Shown here: positions 17,123-20,178 of the stretch, piece after piece
How the letters are laid out: each line of letters opens with the position of its first letter
Position numbering within the stretch: position 1 is the first letter of the stretch
Source of the DNA: Promethearchaeia archaeon
Lineage (GTDB): Archaea; Asgardarchaeota; Lokiarchaeia; Sigyniarchaeales; SOKP01
Assembly (NCBI GenBank): GCA_046483985.1
Contig: JAWOCD010000045.1
Coordinates: 1 to 20,178, forward strand
Reading direction: 5' to 3'
DNA length: 20,178 nucleotides
Program-made: the position numbers and the translations under genes
Notes under the pieces: model-generated
Told to the model about the DNA's origin: nothing
Database searches by the model: none
What the model saw: only the letters and a program-made list of their open reading frames with translations

Positions 17123-19192
17123 CTAAGGTGCGGCGGAATGGTGAGCTGCTTTCAAGAGCTGTGCGCTTACGCGGGCGACGTTTGCATGCCGATTTACATA
17201 CTCCCCGCACACCTTACATCTCTTTATATTATAATCGCGGGTAGGTGCAAGCGTGCGGGCCCGCGTCTTTTGTGCGGAAAAGCACTCCCCGCAAATCCCG
17301 CTGGTGTAGGGGGATACGGGTTCGGTAGATTCATAACGGGGTAAAAATCCCTGAGATTTGAGATCCTCCGCCCATTCGGTAAAATCTTCATATAAGGATA
17401 ATCTTTTCGGCATATAGGTAATCCCGGTTGCCAAAGCGCCCCGTGGTCCTCGGGGAGAGATTCCTTGAGAGGCGTCCCACGCAAGGAAATGCGCTTTTGT
17501 CCGATATGCCGCATATAAATACACCATTAAACTCGCCCGTTTTGCTTCTTTCATTAAATTCTCGCGTTTTCGGTGTAGTAAGGTTAATTGCCGTTCAATA
17601 CGCTCCCGCCCGCCGGAAAAATCGTTATTTCCCGATAATTTGCGCTGAAGTCGGGGGATTTCTACGTTCCGCAAATGCTCTAACTTTTTGTATGCCCTCT
17701 GAAATTGCTCCATTAATGAAGAATCGGTCGCCAAGTTAAGGGAAGCTTCGGGAGTCCCGACCGCCACCAAATAGGTGCCGATTCTGTTAAAATCAGAGCC
17801 CAAATAGGTGCTTTTCGGAAGGTTCGCGGGACCGTACAGCCGCTCCCAGGCCTTCAAGAACTTCCCGCTATGGGCAAATGGTTCCCGGGTAGCAGAGGAG
17901 AGAACTAAATCTACGGTGATCTTTCCGGAGGGTCCCCATGGAACGTTGAAACGAATGGATTTTAAGGCGGCTCCGCGCTGTAAACAGTGAACCACTTTAT
18001 CACTGGGAAGAAGGCGGAACCAGAATAATCCCTTCCGACGCACGCTTTTCCGGCTCCCGGCGACTAATTCGGAAAATTGTGCCGCTTGGTCTGGAGAATA
18101 GATCGGAATGCCCACCCAGATGGGGTTATTTTGTTTCAAGAGGGCGGTAGCTTTTTCATTATTCAGAAATTCTTTTCGGGAAGGGTGGGCTTTTCTGGGG
18201 ATCACGTATTTGGGAGAGAGTAATGTGGCGGGCAGATGTGCTTTCTTACGGTGCGGGGAAGTAAACGGACGCGTAAGGCAATGTTGAGGGAGGAATACGC
18301 TCTTAAAATGAACAGACGCAGTCGGGCGAACCATTGCGAATGTGAGCGATGCCACCCCTCTCAGTGCCGTAAACAACCGTGTAACCCCCGCACGTTGTAC
18401 CGCCGGAACCCTCCGAAATAATTTTACCGCCCCCTCGGTAAAACGATTACCCACTAAAAAGCGGGAAAACAGCGGACGAAATTCGGGTACTTGAAAACAT
18501 GTTTCAAGTAATTTAATCTTGTTTGAAAAAGTCTTGCATCGTTTATAGATAGGGGACCCCGGAGTTAAGTCCTTCATGGTCTCCTCCACGTCTTGCTGTA
18601 ACTCGCGGGCAGCCTCTAATAAAAGGGAAATGGGAAGATCAAAGGCTCGGGTTTTGATGAGATGCGCTAATTTCCGGGGAAAGGACGGAATCCGGGTCTT
18701 TAATGCTTTATAAGCGGAAAGTTTCTTTCCGGAGAAAAATGAGGAAAAATCAATATCGGAAAACAAATGCAACACGTGATTATTTTGCAAGGTGGAAATG
18801 ACTTTGATTTCCTCCTCCGTGTGCGCATATTGTTTGCAAAAATCGGCCAATCGAGAAAAAAGAGCGGTCAGCGGTTCAATACGAAACTTAAAGGGAAGTA
18901 AGGGATCCAGTTTCCGACGCCACCCTACCAACAGATTTCGTACCCACGAAGGTTCGACTCGCCATGCTTTTCCCAAGTATCGCTTTAAGTGATTGGGAAC
19001 GGAATAATAAGCCAAAAAAACGGGTATTTCTTCGGAAAAATCGGCGGTTTGCCCTTGTTCCGGAAATAATAACCGCCGTACTAAGGAGAATTTGGTTTGC
19101 AGCTCGCGATGAGCATCCATTGCCGCCGAGATATGGGAAAAAGCAATCTGATCCATGTTCCCGTATCTTTCCACGAAATTCGCCACCGCCAT
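17123..19192 (-). CDS. Large TnpB/Cas12-superfamily RuvC plus zinc-ribbon protein with atypical catalytic residues
   Basis: RuvC-I TYLGSDFNRIGTYLVAVG (D467); bridge-helix-like long helices (ERIERQLTLLHRKRENLMKE); RuvC-II position FLAWDA (D573); VSPYTSGICGEC...CKVCG (C634/C637/C659/C662); RuvC-III position VNRHANVARV (H669). The frame stays open 62 codons upstream of the ATG, so the true start may be further 5'. Confidence 0.8.
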   Translation of the reverse strand: MAVANFVERYGNMDQIAFSHISAAMDAHRELQTKFSLVRRLLFPEQGQTADFSEEIPVFLAYYSVPNHLKRYLGKAWRVEPSWVRNLLVGWRRKLDPLLPFKFRIEPLTALFSRLADFCKQYAHTEEEIKVISTLQNNHVLHLFSDIDFSSFFSGKKLSAYKALKTRIPSFPRKLAHLIKTRAFDLPISLLLEAARELQQDVEETMKDLTPGSPIYKRCKTFSNKIKLLETCFQVPEFRPLFSRFLVGNRFTEGAVKLFRRVPAVQRAGVTRLFTALRGVASLTFAMVRPTASVHFKSVFLPQHCLTRPFTSPHRKKAHLPATLLSPKYVIPRKAHPSRKEFLNNEKATALLKQNNPIWVGIPIYSPDQAAQFSELVAGSRKSVRRKGLFWFRLLPSDKVVHCLQRGAALKSIRFNVPWGPSGKITVDLVLSSATREPFAHSGKFLKAWERLYGPANLPKSTYLGSDFNRIGTYLVAVGTPEASLNLATDSSLMEQFQRAYKKLEHLRNVEIPRLQRKLSGNNDFSGGRERIERQLTLLHRKRENLMKEAKRASLMVYLYAAYRTKAHFLAWDASQGISPRGPRGALATGITYMPKRLSLYEDFTEWAEDLKSQGFLPRYESTEPVSPYTSGICGECFSAQKTRARTLAPTRDYNIKRCKVCGEYVNRHANVARVSAQLLKAAHHSAAP

Positions 19193-19346
19193 CTCGGGAT
19201 ATGCCTCCAGAGACCGCCGTGAAATTTCTTTCCCTTGTTGTTGGTATTCAATAATCTCGACAAAAACCCATAATTTGAAATTTAAAATAAGGAAAAAAAA
19301 GGATAATATATTAATTATTTCGTTGGGTTTTTCACTTACAGTTATA

Positions 19347-19493
19347 TCAGAAACGTTGCCAAAAGTTATACTTTTTTTTCATTTTATTCTGTAGCTTCTT
19401 ATAAAGCCGATGTTGCTCATAACGGATGCAAGAATTTTTCGCTTTTTTACCACTATGCCATGGACATGGATCATTTCTTCCAATTTCACTCAT
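19347..19493 (-). pseudogene. Degenerate SEC-C motif protein N-terminus
   Basis: MSEIGRNDPCPWHSGKKAKNSCIRYEQHRLYKKLQNKMKKKYNFWQRF* versus consensus GRNDPCPCGSGKKYKxCC; two Cys lost (now TGG and TCT). Confidence 0.75.
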
Positions 19494-19790
19494 ATGAGTT
19501 TTTTATCTTGACGCAAATGTTAAGATATTAATCTAAAAATAATCATTCTTTAATTTCCTAATTCCATAAATTATATGATTTTTATGTCTGATAAAAAAAC
19601 AGTCACGGAAAAAATGAATAAAATAATTCGCTTAGAAGGATCAATTATAAAATATTTCAACGAGGGTTTATCCTAAAGAGTTTTTCATATTTTGACAATT
19701 CGGCAAGGGACTTTCGATGCATTATCTCTCTTATATTAAAATAAGAATGGGTAAAGTTCTCACATCTGTCGAATTGAAGAGGGGTTCAAT

Positions 19791-19928
19791 TTAGGAAAAA
19801 AGGAAATCGGTTGGTTCCTTGTCAGAAAATTAATGAAGGATCATGGCGCTGAGCTGGTTGAAATAAATGCAGTAGATGCCTTAAGACTTGTTATTCAAGA
19901 TATTACCCAGAAATTAACTAATAATGCA
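19791..19928 (+). pseudogene. Archaeal histone-fold gene remnant (alpha1-L1-alpha2), truncated
   Basis: LGKKEIGWFLVRKLMKDHGAELVEINAVDALRLVIQDITQKLTNNA matches the histone pattern R.LMK..GA..V...AV..L. TTA sits at the expected start position after GAGGGG. The L2 HAxRKT motif and alpha3 are absent; the frame continues in unrelated sequence to TAA at 20004-20006. Confidence 0.75.
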
Positions 19929-20084
19929 TCTAATGAATCCTTATTTATAAATCTCGATTTTCATCAACATCTGTCTTCCCATACAAGAAGCGAACGATAT
20001 CGGTAAGATCTATGACTTTTTCGGGATCGAGACGGAGTAAATGGTTTTATTTAGCGCTCCTCTGCATTATAATTAAAAAACCCG

Positions 20085-20177
20085 TTAGAGTCTATTTTTC
20101 CAATATCCTGGCTTTCTTTTCTGATGAGCGACGGCAAGAATGATAATTTTATCGGCCTTTTTTTCAAAAATATAATA
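20085..20177 (-). CDS. C-terminus of a RelE/ParE-family toxin running in from the right edge
   Basis: YYIFEKKADKIIILAVAHQKRKPGYWKNRL*; ILAVAHxKRKPGYW is the characteristic ParE-like C-terminus. Confidence 0.8.
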   Translation of the reverse strand, partial: YYIFEKKADKIIILAVAHQKRKPGYWKNRL

Positions 20178-20178
20178 T

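Noticed and set aside
17290-17340. Fanzor-type relocated RuvC-II glutamate before the zinc finger
   Set aside because: The sequence is TEPVSPYTS rather than the VxExxTS pattern, so a Fanzor call is not supported by eye.
17059-19394. Short plus-strand and alternative-frame ORFs over the TnpB-like gene
   Set aside because: Antisense shadows favoured by the higher GC content; no recognisable motifs.
1-20178. CRISPR array or cas genes accompanying the Cas12-like protein
   Set aside because: No regularly spaced direct repeats seen. The only tandem repeat is the coding 21-mer, and the 7-bp TTGGACA duplication at 17049-17065 is far too short.

Overview
AT-rich archaeal window, most likely Asgard/Lokiarchaeia-like. 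This is an inference from the Loki-style histone remnant, the AsnC regulator, the FwdF-like polyferredoxin, the XPB-like helicase and the archaeal TA families. It reads as an accessory region. Intact genes: a sulfatase, a class II Fic AMPylase, an orphan N6-adenine methyltransferase, HEPN-MNT and VapB-VapC pairs, an AsnC regulator and an 884-aa TPR protein with integrase SAM-like domains at both ends. These are interleaved with many fragments: a UPF0175/DUF3368 TA pseudogene, MNT, PIN/NYN, GHKL, SEC-C, histone and ParE pieces, a polyferredoxin with an internal TAA, a helicase clipped at both ends, and a truncated IS200/IS605 tnpB whose right end and omegaRNA scaffold look intact. The best novelty candidate is a GC-richer stand-alone 689-aa TnpB/Cas12-like protein (17123-19192, minus strand). 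It has an atypical RuvC triad (D467 / D573 / H669), an approximately 460-aa unrecognised N-terminal region, no adjacent transposase or CRISPR array, and a compact structured omegaRNA-like sequence just downstream. All family calls come from motif recognition by eye; no database searches were run.
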